Source: an uncultured candidate division Zixibacteria bacterium (GTDB lineage: Bacteria; Zixibacteria; MSB-5A5; GN15; PGXB01). From it: a DNA stretch of 64,000 nt. A program made the position numbers and the translations under genes. The stretch lies in NCBI GenBank assembly GCA_963702205.1, contig OY969724.1, forward strand, positions 160,001 through 224,000, written 5' to 3'. Of the stretch, positions 1 through 11,116 are shown piece by piece. Position 1 is the stretch's first letter. Each line of letters begins with the position of its first letter. The notes beneath the pieces are model-generated. The model ran no database searches and had not been told where the DNA came from. It saw only the letters and a program-made list of their open reading frames with translations.

Positions 1-1050
1 AGTCGTTTCCAGAGAGGTAACTTTCTGCCTGGGGTGCCAATCACAATATGCCCGACACGGTACTCCTTGGCAAACTGGAGGACTGGTTTTGACGACATCG
101 TCGCCCTTGTATGTGAAAACCGTCGCGCCCAATTGCTGCGCAAGCGTAAGGGTGTTGGAGAGTATCCGCTGGGTCGCCGCGTCTATGACGGTGGGCCGTT
201 CCTGAGATGTCTGCACGTACACGGCATACCAGTTACGATTCAGCCGCCCAGCCAGACGGGACGCATAGCGCAGCAACGCCTCGCTGTTAGGTCCTCTGGA
301 ACTTAAGCACACCATGACCTGATCCGGGCTTAGGGGAATATCCTCGCCTTGGGGATCGCGTCTTCGCGAATCGATTTGGGCCGCCAACTCACGAAGGGTC
401 AGCTCACGAAGCTGTTCCAGGTTGGTCGGCCTGAAGAAATGGTCCAAGGCGGTTTCAATTCGCTCCTTGGTGTACACCTTTCCTTCTTTTAGGCGGCGTC
501 GCAGGTCCTCGATGGTGATGTCGACGTTGACGAGCTGATCGGCTTCCGCGACCACGCGGTCGGGAATTCGCTCGCGCACCTTGACCCCCGTGGCCCGTTC
601 GACGGTTTCATACAGGCTTTCCAAGTGCTGGATGTTCAGCGTTGAGATGACGTGAATGCCCGCGGCAAGTAGCTCTTCAACATCCTGGTAGCGTTTGGCA
701 TTCTTGCTTCCCGGCACGTTGGTGTGGGCAAGTTCATCCACAAGGACAACGCTCGGACGCCGGGACAGGATCGCGTCGAGGTCCATTTCCTCGATTTCAA
801 TCCCACGATAGGTGACTTTGCGGCGTGGAATCACAGGAAGCCCCGTGAGCAATGCCTCGGTTTCCGCCCTCCCGTGTGTTTCAACAAGTCCCACGGCCAG
901 ATCGATGCCATCCTCCTTGATGCGGTGGCCTTCAAGGAGCATTTGATACGTCTTGCCCACCCCGGCCGCATAGCCCAGATATATCTTCAATCTGCCCCGC
1001 TGCGAGCGGCGGATCAGACGCAGGAAGTTGTCCGCGCGGTTTCCGTTCAT
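1..1050 (-). CDS. kdpD: KdpD N-terminal sensor + USP domain protein; runs off the left edge, frameshift near 84
   Basis: Hand translation from ATG 1050: [38 protein letters not shown] (KdpD Walker-A-like start), later [37 protein letters not shown] (USP). It continues in another frame as [15 protein letters not shown]. Not in the ORF track. Confidence 0.9.
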   Translation of the reverse strand, partial: MNGNRADNFLRLIRRSQRGRLKIYLGYAAGVGKTYQMLLEGHRIKEDGIDLAVGLVETHGRAETEALLTGLPVIPRRKVTYRGIEIEEMDLDAILSRRPSVVLVDELAHTNVPGSKNAKRYQDVEELLAAGIHVISTLNIQHLESLYETVERATGVKVRERIPDRVVAEADQLVNVDITIEDLRRRLKEGKVYTKERIETALDHFFRPTNLEQLRELTLRELAAQIDSRRRDPQGEDIPLSPDQVMVCLSSRGPNSEALLRYASRLAGRLNRNWYAVYVQTSQERPTVIDAATQRILSNTLTLAQQLGATVFTYKGDDVVKTSPPVCQGVPCRAYCDWHPRQKVTSLETT

Positions 1051-1051
1051 C

Positions 1052-1643
1052 TCATTTGCCCAACCTGTCCAATGCCATATTCACAAGCAATACGTTTACC
1101 AGCGGCTGCGGGGTAAGCGCTCCGCCCGGCCGGCGCGCATATTTGTCCAGCAATCCCATTGACGGTTTCGACGGATAGGCCTCGGGCTGCAGCGACCCTT
1201 GCCGCCTGGTACTTGGCGGCGGCCAGCGTGATGTTCGGATCAAGACCGCTTCCCGAGGCGGTTACCAAATCAGCGGGGATGGGATCATCACCGGAAACTT
1301 CGAACCTGGCCACCAGGGCCTTCGCCCTCTCGCGAAGCTCCGGATTCGTGGGTGACAAGTTGCTGCCCCCCGCGGCCGCCGCGTTATAATCAACCGCCGA
1401 GGGTCTGCGGCCAAAAGTACTCGGGCCGGTCAAATTTCTGGGCAAGGAGCTCGCTGCCGACGATTTCGCCCTGGCCATTGCGTACCAGCGACCCGTTGGC
1501 TGAATTCGGCGTCAAGGTCTGCCCAAGGCCCAATATCACCAAGGGATAGAGAAGACAGCAGATCACCATCGTGACAAGCACGATCCTTATCGATGTGCCC
1601 GCCTGGATGTATAAAACCGGTCTCTTTCAATCGCGTTGTCCAT
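1052..1643 (-). CDS. kdpC: K+-transporting ATPase subunit C, broken by about 3 frameshifts
   Basis: Pieces in ORFs 1390..1581 ([11 protein letters not shown]...ANGSLV...GSELLAQKF...YFWP), 1047..1478 ([21 protein letters not shown]) and 1052..1243 ([11 protein letters not shown]); GGAGG before ATG 1643. Confidence 0.9.
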
Positions 1644-1651
1644 GATGCCTC

Positions 1652-3731
1652 CTAAAACAATCCAGTCATGCTCAAAGCCAGGTCGATCAGCTTGATACCG
1701 GCAAAAGGAGCGATGACGCCTCCCAGTCCATAGAGCAGGAGGTTCCGTCGCAGGATGCTGTCCGCTCCCATGGGGCGGTACTTGACCCCCTTGATGGCGA
1801 TGGGGATCAGAAGCGGAATGATGATGGCATTGAAGATCAGGGCCGAAAGAATCGCGCTTCCCGGCGTTGCCAACCCCATGATATTGAGGGCCGCCAGTTG
1901 CGGGATCGCCAGCATGAACATGGCCGGGATGATGGCGAAATACTTCGCCACATCATTGGCGATGGAAAAGGTCGTCAGCGCGCCCCGGGTCATGAGCAGT
2001 TGCTTCCCGATCTCGATGACCTCGATCAGTTTGGTGGGGTCGCTGTCCAAGTCCACCATGTTCCCGGCTTCCTTGGCCGCCTGGGTGCCGGAGTTCATGG
2101 CGACGCCGATATCCGCCTGGGCCAGCGCCGGAGCGTCGTTCGTGCCGTCTCCCATCATCGCGATCAGTCTTCCCGCGCGCTGTTCCTTGCGGATGTACTC
2201 AAGTTTGTCCTCCGGCTTGGCTTCCGCGATGTAATCATCCACTCCGGCCTGCTCGGCGATGGCCGCCGCGGTCAGGGGATTGTCGCCCGTCACCATGACG
2301 ACGCGCAGCCCCATGGCCCGCAGACGCTCAAATCGATCTCGAATGCCGGGTTTCAGGACATCCGAAAGCGCGACCACCCCGAGGATGTTCTTGCCCTCGG
2401 CAACGACAATGGGCGTGCTTCCCTGGCGCGCGACATCATCGACCAGCCGCTGGGTTGCCTCTGGAATCGGGGCGCCTTGTTCCCGGATATAGGCGCAAAT
2501 GGCGTCAGATGCCCCCTTGCGGTAACTGCGGCCATCCGGCAGATCAAGGCCGCTCAATCGCGTCTGCGCCGTAAAGGGAATGACCTTGGCTTGCGGCGAT
2601 TCTCCCGGCGCGCTGGGCCCAAGGGTCTCCTCGCCAAGCCGCACGATGGATTTACCCTCGGGTGTCTGATCTCCAAAAGACGCGCACATGGCGGCCTCGG
2701 CCAACTGCTTCCCTCGTCACGCCGGGCAACGGATGATACTCGGTTGCCTGGCGATCACCCATGGTGATGGTGCCGGTCTTATCCAGAAGCAACGTGTCGA
2801 TGTCGCCGGCCAGTTCCACCGCTTTGCCGCTTTTTGCCAGCACGTTGGCCGAAAGGGCGCGATCCATGCCCGCAAGACCGATAGCCGCAAGCAGAGCGCC
2901 GATGGTGGTGGGGATGAGACAGACCAGCAGGGCGATCAAGGTCGGGATCGGAAGGTCCACGCCGAAATATCGGCCGATCGGCCAAAGGGCTCCGGTCACC
3001 ATCAGGAAGGCGAGCGTGAGCCCCGCCAATGTCACGGTCAGGGCAAGCTCGTTGGGAGTTTTCTGTCTGACCGCCCCCTCCACGAGGGCAATCATGCGGT
3101 CGAGAAAGGACTCACCCGCCCCCGCGGTGATACGAATCTTGATCTGGTCGGAAAGGACGCGCGTGCCCCCCGTGACACCGGATCGATCACCTCCGGCTTC
3201 CCGGACCACGGGAGCGGACTCGCCCGTAATGGCCGATTCATCCACGGTCGCGGCCCCCTCGATCACCTCGCCATCGCTGGGGATGATTTCACCGGCGGCC
3301 ACCAACACGACATCGCCTTCACGAAGCTCGTCGGAACTCACCTGTTCCTCGACACCATTCATCACTCTTCGGGCAAGGGTCTTGCGTCGGGTCCGTTTCA
3401 GCGTATCCGCCTGCGCCTTGCCCCGGGCCTCGGCCAAGGCCTCCGCAAAATTGGCGAAAAGCACGGTCAGCCAGAGGATTGCCGTCACCGCGAGCGTATA
3501 GATAAACGCCGAATGTTCATGAAACAAATCCACAACCAGCACAAGGGTGGTCAGCGCCGCCCCGATCTCGGTAACGAACATCACGGGATTCCGCGCCATG
3601 ACCCAGGGTTTCAGCATAACCACGGCTTGTTTTCCGGCGGTTCGCACCAGGCTCTTCTCGAAGAGCGAGGCCCTGCGAGCTTTACGACGATCAAGCTTCA
3701 ATTGTACGTTTTCGTTGATATGGTCACTCAT
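1652..3731 (-). CDS. kdpB: K+-transporting P-type ATPase subunit B, frameshift near 2700-2720
   Basis: NPVMF, TGES, DKTGT in ORF 2652..3731; [31 protein letters not shown] in ORF 1652..2704. Confidence 0.95.
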
Positions 3732-3761
3732 GCTTCATACCTCTTTTCCCACGTCCACGGC

Positions 3762-5437
3762 TCACAGCCCGGCCGCCAAATGCTCCGCTATCGGACCCAG
3801 GACGGCCACCGGCAGGAACAGGAGCGCCCCGATGAAGACCACGCTGCCCAGAATCACCATGCCGAACAGGAACGTGTCCGTTCGCAGGGTGCCGGTGGTT
3901 TCCGGCGCCGGTTTCTTCGCGGCCAAGGACCCGGCGATGGCCAGGGGGAGAATGATCGGAATAAATCGGGCCAGCAGCATAATGATCCCGGTCGCCACGT
4001 TCCAGGGCACGGTGTTGTCGCCCAAGCCCTCGAAACCCGACCCGTTGTTGGCCGCCGCGGAACTGAATTCATAAAGGATTTCCGTGAACCCGTGCGCGCC
4101 GGGATTGTGCACCGTCGAGGCTCCCCATGGGGTCAAGGCGAATAAGGCCGTTCCGCCCAGGATGAACAGCGGGTGAATCAGAAGCGCCAAGAGGGCGAGC
4201 TTCATCTCGCGGGTTTCAACTTTGCGATTGAAATATTCCGGGGTCCGTCCGACCATCATGCCGCAGATGAAACACACCGACGATGATGTACAGGAACATG
4301 TTGATCAGACCTACGCCAACTCCGCCAAAGGTCACGTTCAGCCACATCCCCGCCAGCGGAATGAGACCGGTCAGCGGATTGAAGCTGTCGTGCATGCTGT
4401 CAACCGAACCGTTGCTCGTGGCGGTCGTGAGCGTTCCCCACAGCGGGCCGCCGGCGGAACCGAAGCGGAGTTCCTTGCCCTCAAGGTTTCCGGTTGCCTG
4501 AACCGGCAATCCGGTAAAGGCGGCCGTTGGGGCGCTCTCAAAATGGACGGCGAGTCCAACCGTTCCGACCAGCAACACGCTCATGACCGCAAAGACGATA
4601 ACCGCGTGTCGCATCCGGCCCGTGATGCGGCCGAACATCCACACCGACGCCATTGGAATCAGAATGATACTCAGGCACTCGACAAGGTTGGTGAAGAAGG
4701 ACGGATTCTCAAATGGATGAGCCGAGTTGGGACCAAAGAAGCCGCCGCCGTTGGTGCCCAATTGTTTGATGGCCACGAAAGCCGCGACCGGTCCCCTGGC
4801 GATGGTTTGCAGAGCACCTTCAAGCGTTTTGGCTGTAGCCGAGCCTTGCAAGGTCATGGGAACACCGCCCAGCAGAAGCAACACCGCCACCACCACGGCC
4901 AGTGGCAGCAACACGAGAAAGGTCGCCCGCATGAGATCGCGATAGAAGTTTCCGAGCAAGCGTTTTGCCGGCGAGCCCTCTGGCCAAGGCGGTCAAGGCG
5001 GCGATTCCCGTGGCGGCGGAAACGAATTGCAGCCACATCAAGCCGAAAATCTGCGAAAAATAGCTTAACGAGACCTCCCCCGAATAGTGTTGAAGGTTCG
5101 TGTTCGATGTGAATGACGCCACCGTATGAAAGATTAGATCAGGTGAAAGCGCACCCTTGACATCCGGATTGAGAGGAAGCACCTGTTGCATCGCTAAAAT
5201 CGCGAACACGACAATGAACATGAACCCGTTGAAAAGGAGCATGGACAACACATACTCCTTCCAAGTCTGCTCCTTGGCGATAACCTTGCCCGCCGTTTTT
5301 TCAAAGAGTCTCTCGGCACCGCCACGAACACCACCGATCTTACCGCCGGGGTTCATCGTCCAAGTCATGGATTTACCCAGGGGCCATGACAGCAATACCG
5401 CTGTTCCAAGAATGATCGCTATGAAAACAATCCACAT
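3762..5437 (-). CDS. kdpA: K+-transporting ATPase subunit A, frameshifts near 4960 and 4270
   Basis: SFTSNTNLQHYSGE, IKQLGTNGGGFF, TSNGSV, FGGVG, GRTPEY, SAAANNGSGF across ORFs 4820..5437, 4216..4959 and 3762..4277. Confidence 0.95.
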
Positions 5438-5449
5438 GATGTTTCTCCG

Positions 5450-5530
5450 TTAAAATCGCTCGGGGTTGATGATGGCGTAGACGAGGTACGCCATGCACAA
5501 CACCAGGACGATTGCTGAAAGATAGAGCAT
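5450..5530 (-). CDS. kdpF: KdpF, 26-aa membrane peptide
   Basis: Hand translation MLYLSAIVLVLCMAYLVYAIINPERF*; YL..A...PERF signature, GGAGG RBS, directly upstream of kdpA. Confidence 0.9.
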   Translation of the reverse strand: MLYLSAIVLVLCMAYLVYAIINPERF

Positions 5531-5540
5531 GCCAGCCTCC

Positions 5541-5624
5541 TTATATCTTGTCGCAAGCAACTGTAAGGGCCGCCAGCGCGACGAAAAGGACTAATCCAAG
5601 AATCAGATACAATGCCAACAGCAT
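5541..5624 (-). CDS. 27-aa hydrophobic peptide upstream of kdpF (KdpZ-like)
   Basis: Hand translation MLLALYLILGLVLFVALAALTVACDKI*; GGAGGAG RBS; its TAA abuts the kdpF RBS. Confidence 0.75.
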   Translation of the reverse strand: MLLALYLILGLVLFVALAALTVACDKI

Positions 5625-5643
5625 GGCTACTCCTCCACTGGTT

Positions 5644-7491
5644 TTAACCGGCGTTCTTTCCTGTCGCGTCCGCTTTCAGGGGGAGCGTGAAGCGAAACGT
5701 CGATCCCTTGCCGACCACGCTTTCAGCGCCCACATCCCCGCCATGGGCGCGGACGATTTCCTTCGCGATGGCCAGGCCCAGTCCCACGCCGGATTTCTCA
5801 TCCTGACCGGGCGCTCGATAGAATTGCTCAAACAGATGTTCTAATTCTTCCTCCGGAATGCCCTTTCCGGTGTCTTCCACGAAGAACGCCACGCGATCTT
5901 GCTCTAGCTCAGCCCTAATGGTCACCGAGCCTCCGGGGCCGGTGAAGCGAAACGCGTTTGAAAGGAGGTTAGCAAACACATGACGAATCTTTTCGGCGTC
6001 CGCCATGACTTCGGGTAGGTCGTCCGATACATTGTTTACCACCGTCACGCCCTTATCCTTGGCGTCCACGAGGAAGGGCTCCATGGCGTCGCGAACAAGG
6101 GCTCTCGGCGTGGCGGGATCGAGCGCAAGCCTCGACTTACCGGACTCGATACGGTTGATATCGAGCAAATCGTTAAGAATCCCCACCAGCCTTTCGCTAT
6201 CATCCCTCGCGGCCATGAGGAGCTCGATCTGCTTTTCATTGAGAGATCCGATCCGTTCCTCCAACAGAAGGTGAATGGACATGCGAAGGGAGGTCAGAGG
6301 CGTTTTGAGTTGATGCGAGACGGTGGACACAACGCCGCGCTTCATTTCTTGCTGCTCATGGACTTGAGTGACGTCCTTGAGAATCAATGCCACGCCTGTC
6401 GGTTCCCGACGCTCCGGGCCTACCGGGATCGGCACCACCATCGGCTGGAAAAAGTATTCGCGATTATCAATGAACTGTTGGACGTAACCATTCTTGGGGT
6501 CGCGCTCGACGATGCGATCCTCGTCCAGGGCTTTCCGGGTAAGAGGAAGCAGCCATTCGTATCCAAGCTCGCTTACAAGGGCACCGGGTTTGAGGCCGAA
6601 GTGCCGGTCTGCCGTTTCAGTTGAAACCTCCACTTTTCCATCAAGATCGAGCACGGCGATGGCGGTTGGTAGAGCCTTGAAAACCTCCTCTGTCGCGCGT
6701 TTTGTTCGCATCAGGTTGATCCTGTCTTCCTTACGGACCTGCCTCAGGGCTGCCGCCATCTCATTGAAGGATTCCGAAAGCCGACCGATCTCGTCTCTCG
6801 AGCTCCCTTCCAAGACCAGGTCAAGGTTTCCGCCTCGTATTTCGTTCGTGGATTCAATCAGGCGATTGATCGGGTGTAGAATCCATCGATGGGCGAGATA
6901 GCTGAATAGAAGCGCCAGGAACGCGGAGACCATGATTGCCGTCAGCATGCGCCGATGGGTGGTATCCGCGAGGCTTCGCGCGGCGTTGTTGGCCTCGTTC
7001 ATGTTCGTCTGATTCATCAATAAGATGTCTTGCGCGACGTCCTTGATCTCTTGGAATAGCGGCTGCATTTTCGAGAAATACTCGGCCTTCCTCTCCACGG
7101 GAGATCGCCCGACCTCTGTCACAGGCGGTATGACCTCGACGTATCTTTCAAACAAGGCCTGTACTTTCTCGGCCTTTTCGCGTTCACCAGGGAGTGTTAT
7201 GTTGCCAAGTTCCACATGCAAGGCATCGCGGAATTTTGAGGTGTATTCCTCAATCAGACGTTTCCCCTCTGGCTCGTTCCCCGCGAGTGTGAACAGCGTG
7301 CCACTGTCCATTCGTTCCAAGGATTCCTTCATGTCCTGGCACGCCACCACACTGCGGTAGTTCTCCTTGAGGATCATGTCGATGGCCTCGCCGAGCTCAT
7401 TGATCTGAACCATCGTCATCGCGCCGACAATCGCAATGACGGCGAGCAGCCCGCCAAAGCCCAGCATCAGTTTTTGTCTTATTCCAATCAT
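5644..7491 (-). CDS. Membrane sensor histidine kinase (2 TM, HAMP, PAS-like, HisKA, HATPase), KinB-like
   Basis: H-box SHQLKTPL, N-box NLLSNA, DTGKG, GVGLGL; start moved to ATG 7491 (MIGIRQKL) behind GGTGGAGG. Confidence 0.92.
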   Translation of the reverse strand: MIGIRQKLMLGFGGLLAVIAIVGAMTMVQINELGEAIDMILKENYRSVVACQDMKESLERMDSGTLFTLAGNEPEGKRLIEEYTSKFRDALHVELGNITLPGEREKAEKVQALFERYVEVIPPVTEVGRSPVERKAEYFSKMQPLFQEIKDVAQDILLMNQTNMNEANNAARSLADTTHRRMLTAIMVSAFLALLFSYLAHRWILHPINRLIESTNEIRGGNLDLVLEGSSRDEIGRLSESFNEMAAALRQVRKEDRINLMRTKRATEEVFKALPTAIAVLDLDGKVEVSTETADRHFGLKPGALVSELGYEWLLPLTRKALDEDRIVERDPKNGYVQQFIDNREYFFQPMVVPIPVGPERREPTGVALILKDVTQVHEQQEMKRGVVSTVSHQLKTPLTSLRMSIHLLLEERIGSLNEKQIELLMAARDDSERLVGILNDLLDINRIESGKSRLALDPATPRALVRDAMEPFLVDAKDKGVTVVNNVSDDLPEVMADAEKIRHVFANLLSNAFRFTGPGGSVTIRAELEQDRVAFFVEDTGKGIPEEELEHLFEQFYRAPGQDEKSGVGLGLAIAKEIVRAHGGDVGAESVVGKGSTFRFTLPLKADATGKNAG

Positions 7492-7516
7492 GACCAAGAC
7501 CTCCACCTGCTTAGAA

Positions 7517-7532
7517 AGCACAAGCCGTGCCA
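7517..7532 (-). promoter_or_regulatory. sigma54 (-24/-12) promoter of the kinase-kdp operon
   Basis: Minus strand TGGCACGGCTTGTGCT: TGGCAC plus exact GG-N10-GC spacing, 25 nt upstream of the kinase ATG. Confidence 0.85.
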
Positions 7533-7550
7533 TTCTATCAATTACAGTTA

Positions 7551-7563
7551 ATTCAATGACTTG
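7551..7563. promoter_or_regulatory. Putative IHF site
   Basis: ATTCAATGACTTG is one mismatch from WATCAANNNNTTR; lies in an AT-rich stretch between promoter and enhancer. Confidence 0.5.
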
Positions 7564-7584
7564 AGTAATTTTCGGAGGGAAATA

Positions 7585-7633
7585 CCTTGTGATGGACAAG
7601 GGCCGCCACGAATCGACCTTGTGTTTTACAAGG
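7585..7633. promoter_or_regulatory. Paired palindromic enhancer (UAS) sites CCTTGT-N5-ACAAGG
   Basis: CCTTGTgatggACAAGG at 7585-7601 and CCTTGTgttttACAAGG at 7617-7633, 32 bp apart. Confidence 0.75.
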
Positions 7634-7661
7634 TCAAGGGAAGGGGAAGAAGAGGAACTTG

Positions 7662-9023
7662 TCAGATGCCGTATTGTTTTCGCTTATGCCAGAGTGTGGC
7701 CTGGTCAATGCCGAGAATATTGGCGGCTTCCTGAAGGGTCTTGGTGGAGGCGACAACGCGGCGTATGTGGTGCTCCTCAATCACTTTCAAGGAAACGTGG
7801 TCACCCAATTGGAGCGGTGGAGTATGCGGCGCGATGGACGCTGGAAGGTGTTCGATTTGAACAACATCACCGGCGCAAAGGATCGCAGCTCGCTCGACCG
7901 CGTTGCGCAGTTCCCGGATATTGCCCGGCCACGCATATTGGCGTAGGGCCTCGATGGCCGTGTCGCTGAAGGCCTTTAATGCCTTGTGGTTTTGCGCGCC
8001 GAAGAACTCCAGCATATTTCTCGCCAGAAATTCCACATCGTCCGGGCGGTCCGCCAGGGGGGGCAAATCGATCTGAATCACGTTTAGGCGATAGTATAGG
8101 TCTTCGCGGAAGCGTCCTTCCTGAACCGCTTTATCCAGATCCGTGTTGGTTGCCGTGATAAGGCGGACATCCGCACGTCTCGTCCGCTGATCGCCCACGC
8201 GCTCGTACTCACGATCCTGTATGAAACGCAGGAGCTTGGGTTGAAGCGCCAATGGCAGATCGCCAATCTCATCCAAGAACAAGGTCCCCCCCTCGCATGC
8301 GGTGACCCGACCTGGATTATCGCGAAGCGCCCCGGTAAAGGCACCCTTCACGTGGCCGAAAAGCTCGCTCTCGAGGAGATCATGGCTGAGGGTTGGGCAT
8401 GAAATGGTCCCGAACGGCTTGTCCGCCCTACGGCTCCAACCGTGGATTGCGCGAGCCAGCATTGTTTTTCCCGTTCCACTGGGACCTCGCAGCAGGACAA
8501 CCGCCTCCGAGGCGGCCACTTGCCGCGCGAGTTCCACGGCGCGTTGCATGCCGGGATGTTGTGAAGAGAAGGAAACCTCCGGATGCAACCGCTCCAGGTC
8601 CTCCTTCAGCGTCGCTATGCGTTGCTCCATGCCGCGAACGGTGGCCACCCGCTCGGTGACCAGTTGGACCTGCTCAGGAGTAAATGGCTTGGGAATGTAG
8701 TCAGTCGCGCCTCGCCGCATGGCTTCGACGGCGGTGTCGATGGACGCATAAGCCGTGATGACGACGATCTTGATCCATGGACACGCGCCGAGGAAGGGGG
8801 GAATCAAGTCAAGACCGTTCTCCGTGCCCAACCGCAAATCCAGAAACGCCAGGTCGAAGACCTGTCTGTCGGTCTCCACCCGGGCGTCCTTTCCATTACT
8901 GACGGCGGTTACGCGATGACCGCGCGACTCCAGGCAGACCGTGAGCGTCTTGCGGATATTGGCCTCGTCGTCCACGATCAGGACATTAAGGCCTTGAATG
9001 TTGTTTTGACTTTTCGTCGTCAT
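7662..9023 (-). CDS. sigma54-dependent response regulator (REC-AAA+-Fis HTH), AlgB/NtrC family
   Basis: [44 protein letters not shown]-terminal HTH. Confidence 0.95.
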   Translation of the reverse strand: MTTKSQNNIQGLNVLIVDDEANIRKTLTVCLESRGHRVTAVSNGKDARVETDRQVFDLAFLDLRLGTENGLDLIPPFLGACPWIKIVVITAYASIDTAVEAMRRGATDYIPKPFTPEQVQLVTERVATVRGMEQRIATLKEDLERLHPEVSFSSQHPGMQRAVELARQVAASEAVVLLRGPSGTGKTMLARAIHGWSRRADKPFGTISCPTLSHDLLESELFGHVKGAFTGALRDNPGRVTACEGGTLFLDEIGDLPLALQPKLLRFIQDREYERVGDQRTRRADVRLITATNTDLDKAVQEGRFREDLYYRLNVIQIDLPPLADRPDDVEFLARNMLEFFGAQNHKALKAFSDTAIEALRQYAWPGNIRELRNAVERAAILCAGDVVQIEHLPASIAPHTPPLQLGDHVSLKVIEEHHIRRVVASTKTLQEAANILGIDQATLWHKRKQYGI

Positions 9024-9029
9024 GGGCCA

Positions 9030-9251
9030 TCACGCCTCGATCTCATCACATAGACAGTCCAAGTCCTGGCGTGCCTTTTGAAGAATCAACCTTGCGCATT
9101 CCATGCAGTAGTTGTTCTTCGACATGTTCTCCTTGATGACCAAGCATTTATCGCCCTGGCAGATCACGTGCTCCTGGTTCCGCGAGCAGTGCCTCCGCCG
9201 TTGGGCGGTCTCAAAGCAGGCGGATACGAGAAGGCGTTTCAGCTTGGGCAT
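9030..9251 (-). CDS. Small Cys-rich protein, possible Zn finger
   Basis: 73 aa with HC..N..H..C...C and YCMEC; packed 3 nt after the helicase stop and 6 nt before the regulator start. Confidence 0.65.
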   Translation of the reverse strand: MPKLKRLLVSACFETAQRRRHCSRNQEHVICQGDKCLVIKENMSKNNYCMECARLILQKARQDLDCLCDEIEA

Positions 9252-9254
9252 CGG

Positions 9255-11116
9255 TCATCTCCTTGAAAGGCGCTCCTGGATTTGGGCCTGGACGTTGTCC
9301 CCGATCTGGTCGATCTGTTCCAGAACCTCCTCCAGCCGCTCCAGCGGGATTTCGCCGCGGGTTCCGCCGTCCGCTTCGAGCTGCTCGTTGACAGCTCCAT
9401 TAACGATCATGATGACCGCCGCGTAGTTGTTGGCGCTTCGCAGCTCGGGGTAGGCCATCACGATGTTGCGGCCATTGATGGACGCGCCAAGGGCGTTCAG
9501 AATCCGGCTGGCCAGGGCCCGGGAGCGTTCGTTGAGCCTTCGGCGGGCCTCCTGACGACGACGCTGGGGCGTGACCGGTATCTCCCGTGGCTCCATGCTC
9601 TCGCGGGTCCGAGCCTGGATGAGGCGCTGGCGGAGGTTTTCGCGGGAAAGTCCAAGGGCCTCGGGGTCGAGACCGCGTCTCCGGAACTCCTGGACGAGGT
9701 CGTCGATCACGGCGTCATCCATCGGATCGAGGTATGCCTGCTCGATGAAGTGGCTGATGATCTCGTTTTGAACAACCATGTCCGGTGTCAGGCGTCTTCG
9801 GCGGCCCGGCTCATCGGCCGGAGGACGCTCGTCACCCGCTTCAAGCCAGCCTTGGATAAGGTTCCTGGTCCTCCTGATCGATCCGCCGGAAATCATCCCA
9901 ATGGCGGTCGATGTTCAACCCCACATGGGAAACCGCCACGCCCCGGTTGTCCGGGTGTTGAGGATTGTTCTGGTGGATCACCCGCATGACCCTTCCGATG
10001 AATTGGACATAGGGCGACAGCGAGCGGAAGGGCTGGAAGATCGCGGCCACGCTCAGGTTGGGGTGGTCAAACCCCTCGCCAAGCATGCGCACCTGGACGA
10101 TGCAATCGATCCGGCCGCGCCGGAGGTCCTGGAGCACGTCCTCAATCTCGTCCGCCGGCATGTTGCTGTGGATTTCACGCGCCTGCAGGCCGCGCTCCGC
10201 GTAAAGGGAACGCACCTGGCGTGAGTGGTCCACCGAACAGGCAACGGCGATCATTTGATGAAAGGTCCCGGTTTCCCGGAGATGCTGAAGCCACTGGATG
10301 CTGGCGTCAACGATTGACCGGTTGCACTCGGGCGCGAGAGCCACGCCCCGACTGAACCATTCCTCGTCCCGGAGTTGAAGGACCTCCTCGAGGGTGTGCT
10401 GCCTGGCATCCCCGCGATAGGTGAAGGAGATCTCCTGGGGCGCGACGTTCACGGCGGTGATCTGCTTGATGTACCCACGCACCATTGCGGTCCGGAACGG
10501 ATAGGCATAGACCCGCTCGCCGGCAATCTCGCGTCCGTCGCCTCTGAACGGCGTGGCGGTCAGGCTGACGACCTTGGCGTTCGGAAACCGCTCAAAGACC
10601 CGCTCCCAGCTTCTGGCCACGTTGTGATGCCCCTCGTCCACCAAGATCAGGTCAAAGAAATCATTCGGGAAAGGCGGGAAGCCATCGGTCCGCCCGGCTG
10701 GCCAGTTGCTGGATGTTGGTGACGACGATATGCGAGTTCTCGCAGTCGTGGATGTTCGCGTCCTGGCCATCCAGAACGGCCGTGAAGGGACCATGACTCA
10801 CGTCGGTCAACACGCGCGTGGAAGTCCAGAAGCACTCGCGCCCAGCGACGTCGAAGGCGGTGGATATGCCCCGACGAATCTCAAGGTTCGGAGCAATCAC
10901 CAGCACCCGCCCTTGGGCGGTCTCAAAAGGCAGCAGGGCCATGAGGCCGGTCTTGCCGCAGCCCACCGGAATCTGGAGGATGGCGTGATCTGTGCTGTTT
11001 CGGAAGTGCTGGCGCGTTCGGAACCACCCCTCGACCTGGGGATCACGCAGGTCGGGGTTACCCTGAATGAACGCTCGGGTATCGTTGAAAAACCGTGCTA
11101 TTTCTTCATTTGTCAT
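9255..11116 (-). CDS. SF2 DExH helicase/ATPase (ResIII-like), frameshifts near 10675 and 9860
   Basis: IPVGCGKT (ORF 10661..11155); VDEGHH, LTATP, MLGEGFD, QFIGRVMR (ORF 9841..10794); helical tail in 9255..9896; start MTNEE overlaps the hsdR end. Confidence 0.85.
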
